From assembly GCA_965153285.1 (NCBI GenBank), contig OZ229110.1: 64,000 bases of DNA. One strand, written 5' to 3'. Below are positions 47,590 through 60,775 of this stretch, piece after piece (within the stretch, counting starts at the first letter, position 1; each line of letters opens with the position of its first letter). The stretch comes from Podarcis tiliguerta. Its lineage: Eukaryota. The position numbers and the translations under genes were made by a program. Under the pieces are notes generated by a model. The model made no database searches. It saw nothing but the letters and a program-made list of their open reading frames with translations, and had not been told where the DNA came from.

Positions 47590-48010
47590 TGGTATATTAG
47601 TGTCCCAGCTCCTAAACCACTCAAGGAAATGGTTTTGCCTGGTGCAAGGATCACTCATAAACAAAATATAGAAGCTCTCCCAATGCTACTTTCTGGATTC
47701 GGTCCGGAAAATAGGATTGAAACCACTGCAATACAGTGTCCCCGAGTCTTGTTCTCCAGAGCCGGTCCAAGAGGAGACCACAAGCAATGGCTATCAAATG
47801 TCAAGGAGAGAGCAAGAAGGAGGAGCAATGTCATACACACACACACACCCATCCCACTATCTGCAAAGGTCATCCATCAAGGCAGCCAAGGTTGACTCAG
47901 TTCCATGGTCAGGCCTGACCCCAGATTGGCATGAATCTAAATAATCTGTGTCTTCCAAGAATGCTTGCAGCTGCCCCGCTATGACCCTCTTCACCACCTT
48001 CCCCCCAAAG
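47590..48010 (-). mobile_element. L2 LINE RT fragment, decayed
   Basis: Minus-strand remnant QLQAFLEDTDYLDSCQSGVRPDHGTESTLAALMDDL is typical of L2 RT. Confidence 0.7.
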
Positions 48011-50893
48011 CAACTGCCCGATAGCTGTCCCAATCCAAAGTGTCCCACGCAGTGCTTGACCTACACTTCTATAGCCTGACTGGCAGCATTGCGCACCCCT
48101 GCCCCAGGGTTTCCTTTGGGGTCAGCTCCTTTGGGGGGTCAGCCCTCGGCCTGTTGTTATAGTAAGGTGGGCAGTGGACCACACCTCATCCCCAGTGGCA
48201 GAAATTAAACACTAACTTCCGTTACAAATAGCACAAACACCCTTACCTGTAACCAGATGATACACAAGCAATAGTTGCAGTACACACACACATTTGCTGA
48301 CTTGGGAGAGCAGACCAGGCAAGGACTAGGATGGTGCAAAGGCAGCCGCTCCTTGTTTCTCTGTGAGTCTGTTCTGTACCCATAATGGTGTACTGATTGT
48401 AGTTGAAACAAGGGAAGGGGGGGGGGAGAGAGAATAAGCAATACAGTTAAATGGGATGAGGATGATGTGTATGCCTTTATTTTACATATTGCAGAGTTCA
48501 TTTTATATCGGATGGCAGTAGAATAGTGGTAACATTAACTGGAAATGGAAGGTTGTCCTAGGGGAGAAGCAGCCTTTGTAAATTCAGTCTAATTCTTGTT
48601 AAATCCATATAAGTGACACTATTGACCTTGCTGGTGTCATTTGTTTATGTGCACACAGGCCATCATGTATGAATGCACACTTAATGAAGACCAGGGGGTT
48701 AAGCCAAAGGCTTCATAGAAAAAGGTAAGTATTAAGAAAGGGTTTGACCTGACGGGGAGGGGGAGAGGGAAGGAGGGAGAGAGAGAAAGAGAGAGAGTTG
48801 TTATGCTGAGAAGGGGATTTCAGGCACATGCATCAGCAAGTGGAAATGAGCAGGGGGTTTTTTGGAGAGCAAGAGACTTTCAGGATATGGGAGAAGAAGG
48901 CAGAATGGAATTGGCTGAAGAGAGCTTTTAAAAGCTAGACAGGGGGGTTGTGCTGCAGCAACATGATGGCTAATTTCAGAGCATCTGAACGTGGTACAGA
49001 AGACATGGAGAAATTGGGAACACAGGACAGGTAGCTCTTCAGCAGTATTTGAAACTCCCATTGTTCTAGGCGCATTTTGCAACAGGGAATTTCATTAGTG
49101 TGAGCAGTTTCTGAGCTCTGGGCACGGTACTGCACCTAAGATTTCAGATTAAAACTGCAGAGTGGGAGGAAACGAGGCCCTTTTTCTGCCTCCCCACTTC
49201 CAGCCACTCTCTGAAGACTGGAGAAGAGACCCTCTTAAGAATATTAGGGGAGTGGGCAAGGGAAGGATGTGAAAAATGAACATAATATTTTAGCTGCAGT
49301 TCATTCATTTTCTGCTTTGTATTATTGCTATATAAAAATAGTGTGCCTAGACGTTCTGTAGTTGTGCCCATAACCTAGGTTTAAGGTGACATTTTAGCTC
49401 CTAGCTTTCATATCTCAGTTTCTAACACTGCTCTTCAGCAATATCTTGAAACCAGTACTTATTGAATTTAATACATTTGTACCCTGCACCTTCAACTCCC
49501 AAGAGTTCCTAAGGTGACAAATAATATGAATATGTAACATAACTATCACACACACACACAGCTAGCACCCGCAAAATGCATCGAACACAGCAACAACAGC
49601 TGAGTTCAACTGTTTAAAAAGGGAGAAGTTCAAGTGGAATAGAAGCCTGGGGAAACTTAGATACCCTTGACTGGTGGCTAAATTGCATCACAGTAGGCAC
49701 CATGTGAACTTCCTTTAAAAAAGACACACTGTATTAAGGACGGCAGGGGGTGGTGGGACTAATGAAGAAAGCTCTTTCCAGCCAACACATTTCTTGCCTC
49801 AAGAGATTCTATGTCATCAGTGGACATCAGCCACTGCCAAATGAAAATGCTCTTTGCATTAGTCTATGTTCATTTCTTCTTATTCTCCCAGTTGTAAACT
49901 ATGCACGACCATGACATAGCCGAAGAGCATGGCAAATAAAAGACCAGGGTCATGTTCTGAATAGCAGAAAGGAGATTAAAGTCCTGAGAGTGGATGGACC
50001 GGAGATGCTACAATGCAGTGCTGTGAATGCTCAGATAAGGAGGGACACGGGATAAGCGCTCTTAAAGAACTACTGGAGCTGACAAACAGTATCTGCAAGC
50101 TGCTGCAAAGATAAAATGACATAAGGCTTTACAAATAAGACATGAAAGGGTGCCACTTTGTAATTTGCCATCATGGGAGTAATCCTGCAATTTAGTGTTT
50201 ATTTTTAAAAGACCAGCTGTGATGCCCATCACCGTTCAAACATAAAATACAAAACAAGTCTCAACCCGAAATTGATTTGCAACACAGGATTAGCCATTGG
50301 AGATGGTAGGCGGGAGAAAGAAGATGAGGAGAGACAGAAGTTAAGGACACTTTTACAGTTGCAAATAAGAATTCCTGAAGGACTCCATAGCTTTGGGAGA
50401 AAAAGTGCTTAAGGTAAAGATGCCTGAGGAGCAGGGAATAAACTTAGAAGAGGTGCAATGAAATGTGATCTGCTCAGGACTTCTAAGGGATGTATTATGA
50501 AGAGTGGGAGGTGCTAAGGGGGATAGAAGAGGAAGGCTAAGATGTGCAGGAATTTTAAAGATAGGGACTGGAAGTTTAGGCATGGCATTCGCATCCCTTT
50601 GCCACATGCTGCTACAGTCTTCCCAAACTTGGTGTTATACAGACGTTTTGCATGCTCTGATGGGAGTTTTACTGGGGGGCACCAGACTGAGGACGGCTGC
50701 TCTACCTATACCTTTACCTACAACTTATCCCCATTTCCCAGTGATATTTAACATACTGGGAACTGTGGGGAGAAGAATTCTGTGTGCAGATTGGCTCTGA
50801 ATGTAACAGTCCCCCACATCTCATAAATTCCCCCTCCCACCTAACTTTCCTTTCTATCTTATTGCAGAAGCATCGTCACAAGGGAAAACCAAC

Positions 50894-52015
50894 ATGGCAG
50901 TGGACAACCAGCTCCTCAACGACTCCTGCTCCAATAGCTCAGCTCCCGTTTTCACAGGCCTGGACCTTCTCTTTGAACTGAAGCCACTCTTCATTCCTCT
51001 CTACGCCATCCTGGTGACGGTGGCCTGCACGGGGAACTTTCTCCTCCTCCTCCTCATTGGTACCACCAAAAAGTTGCACTGCACCACCAATTTCCTCATT
51101 GGGAACTTGGCAGCCGCTGATCTGATCATGTGCATTTTCTGCGTCCCGCTGACTGCCTCGTACGCGTTTGAGATTCGCGGGTGGCTCTTTGGGATGTTCA
51201 TGTGCTACTTTGTCACCCTCATGCAAGTGGCCACTGTGTTTGTGTCCGTCCTCTCCCTCACTGCTATCGCCGTGGACCGGTATATTGTGGTCGCTTACCC
51301 CATTCGCAAAAGGGTCAGATGCAAGTCCTGTGCCTACATTGTGGCCTTCATTTGGTTGCTCTCCATCGTGGTCTCAGTCCCCACATCCATGCACACCCAT
51401 TACCTGGATCTCAACAGCATTGGCCACGACATGATCATCTGTGAAGAATTCTGGAAGCACCACAAGACCGAGAGATGGCTGTACTCTTGCTTGATGCTCC
51501 TCTTATCCTACATGCTCCCGCTCTCTGCCGTCTCCATCTCCTACTGTGCCATTACTTATCGCCTCCGGAACAGGAGCGTCCCAGGGGCTGCCTACCACGG
51601 CCAAGAGAAATGGACTAAAAAGAAGCAAAAGACTTTCCGGATCCTCGTCATCTCAGTCATGTGCTTTGCTTGTTGCTGGCTACCTCTTCAGGTGGTTAAT
51701 CTGATCATAGATATAGACGAGGAGTTTGTCGTCCTAGACAAGAGATATGTCAATGTCATTCAAGTGTCCTGTCATGTGGTCGCCATGAGTTCTGCGTGCT
51801 TCAACCCGTTCATCTATGCCTCCCTCCACAACAAGTTCCGACTCCACATTAGCAACTACTTTCATCAAAGGAAGAGGTCAAGCACCATGTGCCGCAAAGC
51901 CTCCCGGCTGAATACCTGCTCCACTTTGGCAGATCATCCTGTGGGTCACAGTGAAAAAATAGCGCTGCAAGAGAAGTTTCCCTTTAGCTCAAACCCAGCA
52001 GCCCTACAAATATAA
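50894..52015 (+). CDS. PRLH2R: Prolactin-releasing peptide receptor paralogue (PRLH2R / C-RFa receptor type), class A GPCR, 373 aa, single coding exon
   Basis: Seven TM segments with DRY, CWLP and NPFIY motifs. FTGLDLLFELKPLFIPLY and VPLTASYAF are characteristic of the non-mammalian PrRP receptor subtype (subtype assignment from memory). Acceptor at 50867; AATAAA at 53055. Confidence 0.88.
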   Translation: MAVDNQLLNDSCSNSSAPVFTGLDLLFELKPLFIPLYAILVTVACTGNFLLLLLIGTTKKLHCTTNFLIGNLAAADLIMCIFCVPLTASYAFEIRGWLFGMFMCYFVTLMQVATVFVSVLSLTAIAVDRYIVVAYPIRKRVRCKSCAYIVAFIWLLSIVVSVPTSMHTHYLDLNSIGHDMIICEEFWKHHKTERWLYSCLMLLLSYMLPLSAVSISYCAITYRLRNRSVPGAAYHGQEKWTKKKQKTFRILVISVMCFACCWLPLQVVNLIIDIDEEFVVLDKRYVNVIQVSCHVVAMSSACFNPFIYASLHNKFRLHISNYFHQRKRSSTMCRKASRLNTCSTLADHPVGHSEKIALQEKFPFSSNPAALQI

Positions 52016-52458
52016 AAAGAGCCGACCTACTGTCAAGGGTGTATGGAGCACCTTTGCTCTCAGCTTGTATAATGTGTGGTCCATAGCAGCTGGTGTGGTG
52101 GACCCCTGAAAGTGGCATCCATTCAACTTACCTGGATGTTGTTGGGGATGCACAGGCACAGCAGAGCTCCTGCTATTGGGTTTGCCCTGCCCTGCCCTGC
52201 CCTCTCTTCCTCCCTGCCCCAGCCCTGTAATCCAGGTAAACTGTAATGATGCTGGTGCTGAAAGGACAGCTCCCTGGCTCTGTAGTCCCTTCAGCCTCTA
52301 CTACTGTGTGCATACCTGCCCTGTAGTCTGTACAGCCTGTAAAGGGGGCAGTGGCGGTTATTGGCTGGTTTTTGTGTTTTCTGTTATGTATTCTGTGTTC
52401 TCGTTTTGTATTTTCATGTTGTGAACTGCCCTGTGAAGGGCGGTATACAAATTTAACA

Positions 52459-52514
<56 letters not shown>

Positions 52515-52515
52515 A
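52459..52515 (+). repeat. (GAAA)n microsatellite following an L2-like 3' tail
   Basis: About 14 tandem AAAG units. Confidence 0.95.
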
Positions 52516-53870
52516 AAGGAAGTCCCCTCCATTAAAAAAAGGTTCCAGATCTGTAAAAATGGCATTACTGGGAGTGGAGGACGGATTACAAAACCAGCAG
52601 ATGGGGTTTCTGGCTGAAGAAGCGGAGCCAGCTAATCTGAGAAATGCGGCTGTTATGTATGTTCATTCAGAATCAACATCCGAACATATCATTGGCAGAA
52701 GACACACTACTTTTTGTACTTGCAAAGTGGACCAGTGCATTTGGTAAAAGCTGAACCAATGTTGTCAGGGCTACAGGGCCAAATTTATAGAAATCGCTTG
52801 CTTTGAACTACAGTTTTCCCCCTCGTACTTTGTCACACCAGAGTTGAACAGATGTGGATGTATATATTGCATTTCCATGCAGAACATTCAAAACGTTGCT
52901 TGTAATTATAATTCATACATTACATCCAAGTTATTTTTCACAAATGAGTGAACTAAATGGGAATAATTAAGTCACACTGTGCTAGTGTCTTATTGTGCTA
53001 GTTTTAAAAGTAAGATAATTACTGTGACAATGTGATGTGCATTTCAGAAACTGAAATAAAGTTGGATAAGGGAAAATACACCGTAACGAACAGCCAATTA
53101 GATATTTAGGCCACAGCACCAATGTATTTGCACCATTAACTCCTATTCAAGAGCTAGGAAATTCCACAAACTCCAGTATTCTCCCAGTACCTTTAAAAAC
53201 TTTTATTCTAAATTAAGGCTTTGCTGGAATTATTTCTAAGTCCAAATAGCATGTACAAAAATACCTTCTCAGAAATGGAAATTCTATTTTAAAATTACTA
53301 TTATTGTTGCTATAGCTTTGTGGTTAAAGTTCTGCAAGTGTATACGTAGATTGGTGATAAAAGGAAACATCTAAGTGTAAAATGATGCAGAAATGCCCCC
53401 CACCCAAACTTCGCATATATAATGATCCAGTCTGAACTGGCAGTGACTAACTGGGAAAGAGATATTTGGTCAATGGATAGCTCAGTGAGGAGGTCAGATC
53501 TGGCAAGTAGCAGCTGCGGAAAAAACTATTTCTGTTCCTGGAACGACCAGGGGAGAGACTGAAATATTGTAATGTCCATATAGATACCTGTGGCAAAGCC
53601 ACATTTGGAATACTGCTTGCAATTCTGATCTCCACACCCCCAAAAGGATATCGTAGAGCTGGGAAAGTTGCAGAAAAGAGCAATTGGCATGATTGGGTGA
53701 GGCGGAATTTCTTATACGAAAGAGCTACAATGTTTGACTTACTTATGAGTAATCATGCCTAGGATTGGGTTACAGAACATGCCATCTTCATGCTTGTAAA
53801 TATACAGCTAAAGTGAAGCATTTTAATATCTTAGTGATTGGAGTCACTGAATTGAGCACATGCTTATATC

Positions 53871-54312
53871 CAGTGCTTTTTTTCTGGGGGTACGCAGGGG
53901 TACGCATACCCCTAAACATTTTGTGAATCTAACAGGAGAAGAAACTAATGATTTAAAACTTTTTCGGTTCTTCTCTAGCATGGTGAATCATCAGTTCCGT
54001 TGCTACCCCTGATGGCAGCCTCGTTTCCTTGTCACAGAGTTTCCTGAGTCTCAGACGGAATGAGAGTACAGTGGTACCTCGGGTTGAAACTTAATTCGAT
54101 CTGGAGGTCTGTTCTTAACCTGAGATACCACTTTAGCTAATGGGGTCACCCACTGCTGCCGCACGGCCGCGCGATTTCTGTTTTCATCCTGAAGCAAAGT
54201 TCTTAACCTGAGGTACTATTTCTTGGTTAGCGGAGTCTGTAACCTGAAGTGTCTGTAACCCGAGGTACCACTGTACACCTAAACACATTTTAATAATAAT
54301 AAAAAAGCACTG
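53871..54312. mobile_element. hAT element containing a Tigger-like MITE (54069-54273)
   Basis: TIR CAGTGCTTTTTT/AAAAAAGCACTG with perfect TSD CTTATATC; inner TIR CAGTGGTACCTCGGGTT with TA TSD. Confidence 0.85.
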
Positions 54313-55490
54313 CTTATATCTCTTCCACTAGCCTCAGTAGAGTTTTAAGATTCTTTGGAGAGTGTTTAGCATTTGGGGGGGGGCACACTGAGGCCTATTT
54401 AACACGAGCACATCAAAGGCAAAGTGTTCACATCATCCTGTGCATGCTTACCTGGGAGTAATCCTACTGAGCAAGTGGGATTTACTTCTGAATAAACATA
54501 CACAGAATTGGCAGCATGTTGTTTTCTCCTGCAGCTTGATAAAAGGTATGTGGTTATATTTTTTAGCAAAGTCCGTATCTGTTTTTGTAAGCTAGCCACA
54601 TACTGAAACAACCTCTCCTAGTAACAGCTCAATAAAATCCATTTCAAGGGGATTAGATATAAGCAGGTGCCTATTGATTTATTTCATATAAAGGGGATGG
54701 CTAGGTAAGATTTGCAGCCCCCTGATACTCTGTGCCAGCAGCAAAATCTCAATCACCACAGATATCCCTTGAGATGCGCTAAGTATTTCAAATGCAGCTG
54801 AGCACTCTTCATGAGTGAGACCAGAAACTATTTAGTTGTAACAAGCACAGTGCGCTGCAACACTTGGGAGAGCTTAGTGCGGTCTAATAATGCTTTAGTA
54901 AAGAGTGTATTTCTCTATGAAGTCGTTATACCAAAATGAACTTTTGACGTGGATGCTGAGAGCGTTGCTGACAGCTGACAGGCTCTCTATAGCTTGATGT
55001 TGCATCTGTCTGTCTCATGAGATCATGGAGGCATGTGCTTTTAGGGGTTAAGTCACACAGTGGAAATCATTGACAAATCCGGCTATATCCTCACAGTATA
55101 ACAGTCCCTGTAATTTAGTTATTGCAGAACAAAATAGCACATATGTTATGGGTCTCTAAGGAATAGGAAGATCCTGATCACTTGTATTCAGAGTTTGGGT
55201 TTCAGATTTACAGTTATCTCACTCCCTGTGCCGTCTCTAGAAATATGATTGTCATGATTTTAGCTCAGGTGTTACTATTTAATATGTTTAGGTTCCGGAT
55301 GCCCTGCCTTTAGTCTGTTGTATTCTTGATTTTTTGTTATTGTTTACTTGTCTCTGTGGCTCCATAATAACTTGAAAACAAATAAAAATAAATGTTTTAA
55401 AAGGTAAAGTTTGCGTCATTGTCGGTCACGTATAACAAGTTATACTGGTGGCTTGTGAAAAGAAATGTATTGTAGGAAGGTTATGATTTG

Positions 55491-55749
55491 CCGTATTTTT
55501 CGCTCTATAAGACGCACCAGACCACAAGACGCACCTAGTTTTTGGCGGAGGAAACGAGAAAAAAAAATATTCTGAATCCCAGAAGCCAGAACAGCAAGAG
55601 GAATCGCTGCGCATCGAAAGCAGCGATCCCTCTTGCTGTTCTGGCTTCTGGGATAGCTGCGCAGCCTGCATTCGCTCCATAAGATGCACACACATTTCCC
55701 CTTACTTTTTAGGAGGGAAAAAGTGAGTCTTATAGAGCAAAAAATATGG
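55491..55749. mobile_element. Tc1/mariner-superfamily MITE with an internal palindrome
   Basis: TIRs CCGTATTTTTCGCTCTATAAGAC / GTCTTATAGAGCAAAAAATATGG; hairpin at ~55577-55654. Confidence 0.8.
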
Positions 55750-57067
55750 TACTTTACGCTGAATGGAATAAACTGTATCCAGCTATTTTCCTATCATAAT
55801 TATGCTGTGCATAATTCATAGAGAGCAACACATTTTTATATTCGATACAGATGTACAAAAGCCATGTGTGTGCATGTTCAGTGCTTCTTTTATAGAAGTA
55901 GGAACATTCTCACATCATCCAACCTCCCACCCTAATATGAAGTGCCACTTTACTTTTGCAGTTATTTCTTTTGCTACCTCTTATCAACCAAGTTGCTTTT
56001 AAGAAATGCAGTCCAATACAGAGTACAGCCACCAGCAGCTTCACTTTTCTTCTGGGACGTTTATCTTTACTACTACTCTGTTGGAAGAGTTTTCAAGGAA
56101 AATGTGTCTAGGTAAGACCAGTATGCATTAAGCAGATCATACAGAAAGCCCACCAAACCTCAAGCTTTAAAAATGATGCATACTCAAAAACTTGGATGGT
56201 TTGTCCGGAAGAGTGCTCTAAAAATGAAGTAGTCCAATAAAATTCCCTGGACTTTTAGAATGTAAATCTGAAAATGGCAGAGTATGTTTATTTCCTAGCT
56301 GTATCAAACATACTGAAAATCCCTCCCAAATCCAACTTGCGGCAGGGAAAACCCTCATCTCTGCAACTAATGAGCTATATCTGAAACTAACTGAAATGAA
56401 CATTCTTCATCTCAAAACGGTCAAAAACCCTCAGAGGGTATTAAACAAAAAACAAAACAAAAAAACCTAGGATTTTTTTTGGGGGGGGGGGCTCTTTGTA
56501 GACTTATCATGGTTACCAAAGGAAAATACCATGTAATTTTCTGCTTTCCTATTCTAAATATCTGGGTCAAATGTTAATTTTGCTGGACTATGTAACTACA
56601 CATACATACACACACAGCTTGTTTTATTATAGAGTCAACAATGAACAGCAAAATGAAATAATGACAATTTTGCCAATAAGCACACTATAGTACTGTTTTG
56701 ATTTCGATTTTTGCGGGGTTGGGAGAAGTCCCTTCTAACCCCTGGATCCAGCTTATGTTAAATAAGCCAGGCTAGCTTTCTGCTAAGGCAATCACCTGGG
56801 TGATGGACCATTAGGGGGAACAAAGGAAAGGGGCTCTGTGTGAGATGGTAAATGGGTGGGGCCCCTCCCCCAACTTGCAGAAAATTATAAGGGCAAAGCC
56901 AGAGTTGAGAGTTGCAGTGTTGTGAACTAGAAGCAAAGCAGCAAGCTGGAAAGAGACACACACAGAGCAATGATTGATTTCTGTTTGAATCCAAGGCTGC
57001 GGCAATGGGAGAAGTAAGACCCTATTGGGTGTTAATGCTGTGAACCCCTCCATTGTAGGCTCAGGTT

Positions 57068-57388
57068 GTAAAGGTAAACGTAAAGGGACCCCTGACCATT
57101 AGGTCCAGTCACAGATGACTCTGGGGTTGCGGCGCTCATCTTGCTTTATTGGCTGAGGGAGCCAGCATACAGCTTCTGGGTCATGTGGCCAGCATGACTA
57201 AGCCGCTCTGGAGAACCAGAGCAGCGCACGGAAACGCCGTTTACCTTCCCGCCGGAGCGGTACCTATTTATCTACTTGCACTTTTTGAGGGTGCTTTTGA
57301 ACTGATAGGTTGGCAGGAGCAGGGATCGAGCAACGGGAGCTCACCCAGTCACGGGGATTCGAACCACCAACCTTCTGATCGGCCAGCC
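57068..57388 (-). mobile_element. Sauria SINE, head slightly truncated
   Basis: Reverse-complement Sauria body with AAAGGT tail. Confidence 0.88.
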
Positions 57389-58065
57389 CATATATATGTA
57401 AATAAGTCGTATATCCTCAAGACACCACAGTCTCTGCGGTGCTTCATTCCCAAAGGAAACACCAACCCTGGGTAAGTTCCTGGAACCCCTGGGGATCTCA
57501 CACTGCTCAGAGATTGAGGAGGCCTGCAAGAGTACCAGTATTAAGCTGCAGAAAAAAGAATGCACTCCACCAAGTGGCAGAAACAGAAAGTGCAGGGGAA
57601 ACATAGACTTCAAACCCAGTATGCCACACTCATTTGCATGTTGGATAGTAGAGTTGTCCTTTGTTTTATTGCAACTGATGGAATGAGTTAATGAACAGAA
57701 GGGTGCCTCTCGGTCAGCTGCTCTCCTCAGTTAAGAGTGCTGGTGCTGGTTTGCCCCAAACATAACAGGTCACAGATCTGTTATGGGAGAAAAGAGACTT
57801 CCTCATCGTGAAGGAGAGAAGACAGAAGAGTTGAAGTGATCTTGTGCAGAATGCTTCAGTCGGGGGGGGGGGGGGTTTGCTAAGTTTCCCTATGGGCTGC
57901 AGTCACTGTTGCTGAAATGCACCCAGGAGTGGAAGCTTAGAGCTACCCTGGATCCTGCTTAGCAGTTCCTATTGGCTTGGTACTGTGAAGTCACAAAAGA
58001 GGCCACTGGTTGAGCATCTGCCAACCAAGCTGCACCAGGGTACTTTGATTTAATTCAGTTTAGAC

Positions 58066-58201
58066 CAGGCTTCCACAACCTTGGCCCTCCAGATGTTTTG
58101 AGACTCCAATTCCCATCATCCCTGACCACTGGTCCTGCTAGCTAGGGATCATGGGAGTTGTAGGCCAAAAACATCTGGAGGGCCGAGGTTGAGGAAGCCT
58201 G
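58066..58201. mobile_element. hAT (Charlie-like) MITE
   Basis: TIR CAGGCTTCC...GGAAGCCTG; TSD GTTTAGAC/ATTTAGAC. Confidence 0.82.
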
Positions 58202-59155
58202 ATTTAGACTAATCTTTATTTGCCAGCTTAACTGTTTGTGCCTGTAGTATGAGTATGCCAGTTTGTAACAGGGCTGCTGGACTCCTGAGGAATTCCATGC
58301 AAAGGATCTTTCATTGGTGATGGCAGGACCAACCGTTAAGTACAGCTGCCTGGGGCCTTCCATATCTTTGCAAAGGTGCCAGGAGGCAAAGACATCGGCC
58401 TATAGCACACCGTCTCCCCAACATCTTTAATGATGACGGTGACAGTGAATCATGCATGTGCTGTTCCCCTTTTCGCCCCAGCTTCCATGGTAAATGACAT
58501 ATTGCAAATGTGACCTAATAAATCAGTGCCATTGCATGTAAATTGCCTGGCACTCTTTTGAGTCCTGTAAGGCGGCTGACAGCTGACCTTCATCTCATGC
58601 TGCACACCAGAAAGAAGAGCATGCTGCCTTTCATTTCCCTAAATTTGTAGCTCTTTACTTTTCCAAAGCAGATGTGGGGCGGAAATGATGGCAAACTACT
58701 CCCGACATTGAAAGGAACAACCTGAACACCAAACATTTGCATTCTGGGGATTGGCAGAAATTGATCCATAATCAAAGGCACCACTTTGTCTGTTTTTAAG
58801 CTTCCAAGGCTGTGTACATACATCAGCCTTTGAAGCCCCATGGTTTGGGCTTCTCTAAAAGCCCTTTTGTAGACACTGCTTTGCAAGTGTCTATTCCTTT
58901 CTACTGTGCCGATAGCATGAGCAGTTGCCAAATCATTGTCCTCTGTACACAAAGAGGATGTGTCATCTGTAGCTAGAGCACATTAGTTTCTTTGCTCCCT
59001 TCCCTTACGATGCCTGCAAGTTTATTGAAATACCAGAAATCCAGAAGCACAGCTCACTCATATTACAGTTTGCCCAGAGGCTTCCTTCCCTTGAACCATG
59101 CAGGCAACTTCATAGCATCTGTAAAGTTGGAAGGGATCCTAAGGATCATCTAGTC

Positions 59156-59533
59156 CAGGCATAGGCAAACTCGGCCCTCCAGCTGTTTTGGGACTACAAC
59201 TCCCTTCATCCCTAGCTAACAGGACCAGTGGTCAGGGATGATGGGAACTGTAGTCTCGAAACATCTGGAGGGCCAAGCATTGGCGGGGGAACGGGGGGGG
59301 CAGGGGGAGCGCACTGCCCCCGGCACCATCAGGGAGGGGGGTACCATCACGGCCACCCCCCGGGCATGCGCCGCGCACCCCCCACCGCGCCAGGTGCCAT
59401 GCCCCTGCAAGCAGCACAACACGCCCCAAGGATGCACACCACGCCCCCAGGATGCACGCCAGCCATGCCCCCGCCTGCTCTCCTCCCCCAGAGCATGCAG
59501 CTTCGCCACTGGGGCCGAGTTTGCCTATGCCTG
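59156..59533. mobile_element. hAT MITE containing a second, GC-rich hAT MITE (59278-59511), inserted in a CR1-type tail
   Basis: Outer TSD ATCTAGTC (perfect); inner TSD GGGCCAAG/GGGCCGAG; inner TIR CATTGGCG/CGCCACTG. Confidence 0.85.
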
Positions 59534-60738
59534 ATCTAGTCCAACTCCCTGCAATGCAGGTGTTGTATAGTGGGAAAGATGGGCGACAGACACAGCTCTT
59601 TTAAGCAACAGCTCTTTTTTACAGCAGTTAGCACTGCTCTAAGTCTTTCTGAACAACAGTGAATTCCAGCTAACTACCCGGTCAGTGAAAGCAACTCTCA
59701 ATCCTTCATTTGCATACTGGTGGCACAGAGTGGGAACTGCAGCCAGTCTGAATACATAACAGCAGGAATATGCAGCTGTCCCATGCAGGGATTTAACCTC
59801 CAACCTTGGCTCTACTATCCATTGGCTACATTTCTTCTTTCTTTTCCTTTTCTATTTTTTGCAAGGCACTCTGTATGCCCCCCCCCCAAACCTTCAATGC
59901 CCACCACACTTTTAACAACAACCACCCTGCAAGCTTATTGATATACTAGAAGTCTGGTAGCACAAGTTATATTTTTGCCCAGTGTATGTCCAGAGACTTC
60001 CTTCCCTTGTACTATGCAGCTTCATGGCTAAATATCTTTTTACTCTGGGCAAGGCACTCTGAGTATGCTCAGAGGCTGCCTGTTCTGGTGCTAGGAAATA
60101 GTAACTGCAGACTGCAGTGTCTGTGTTATCGCAAGTCATATAATAATACTTTAATTCTATTAATGTTTAATTGTTTTAATGATTTTTAAAAAATGATTCC
60201 CTCCCCCTTATATCAGTTAATTCCTCTGGAGTCACGGTGGTTTTGTAAAAGGGCTGTGGACAAAATGGATGTGCCTCAAATCTGTAGAACTGCCGCCATT
60301 AGCAGATAATATGGTTCTTGTTGGGAAAGATGTACAGTGATTGCAAAACTAAGTTGATCAAAGCTTCGGGATTTTGATAATCTGGAGAGATTACTTAAAA
60401 ATAATACCACCAGGCTGCCTCTTATCGAACAGCCTCTGAAAGTTCCCTGGGGACTCTCTGAAGCGTGTGTGGTGTTAAAATAAACTGAGGTGTTAAAATA
60501 AGCTGAGACCACTCAGGGCTTATGCAACAAGAGATGAATTCGCTAAGATTAAAAAAGAAAAGTATAAGATCTGTAAATGTTACAGAGGGAGAAATGCAAT
60601 GCCCCCAAAATTACGCAAACCAGAAATATTCCAAAATATTCCCTTAGGAGCAAAACCAAATCAAAACTGGATAAACAGGATTCTCAGACCCTAGTCTCGA
60701 ACAGTTCCTAACTCATCAGGCTCTTAGCAGATTTTCCT

Positions 60739-60775
60739 GGCCGTGATCGTATAGTGGTTAGTACTCTGTGTTGTG
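60739..60775 (+). pseudogene. Tailless retropseudogene of the tRNA-His(GTG) 5' half
   Basis: G + GCCGTGATCGTATAGTGGTTAGTACTCTG(T)GTTGTG equals tRNA-His nt 1-36 with one CpG change; flanked by a 21-bp direct repeat. Confidence 0.88.

Noticed and set aside
60739-60775. Functional tRNA-His gene
   Set aside because: The 3' half, B box and terminator are missing, and the fragment is flanked by a TSD.
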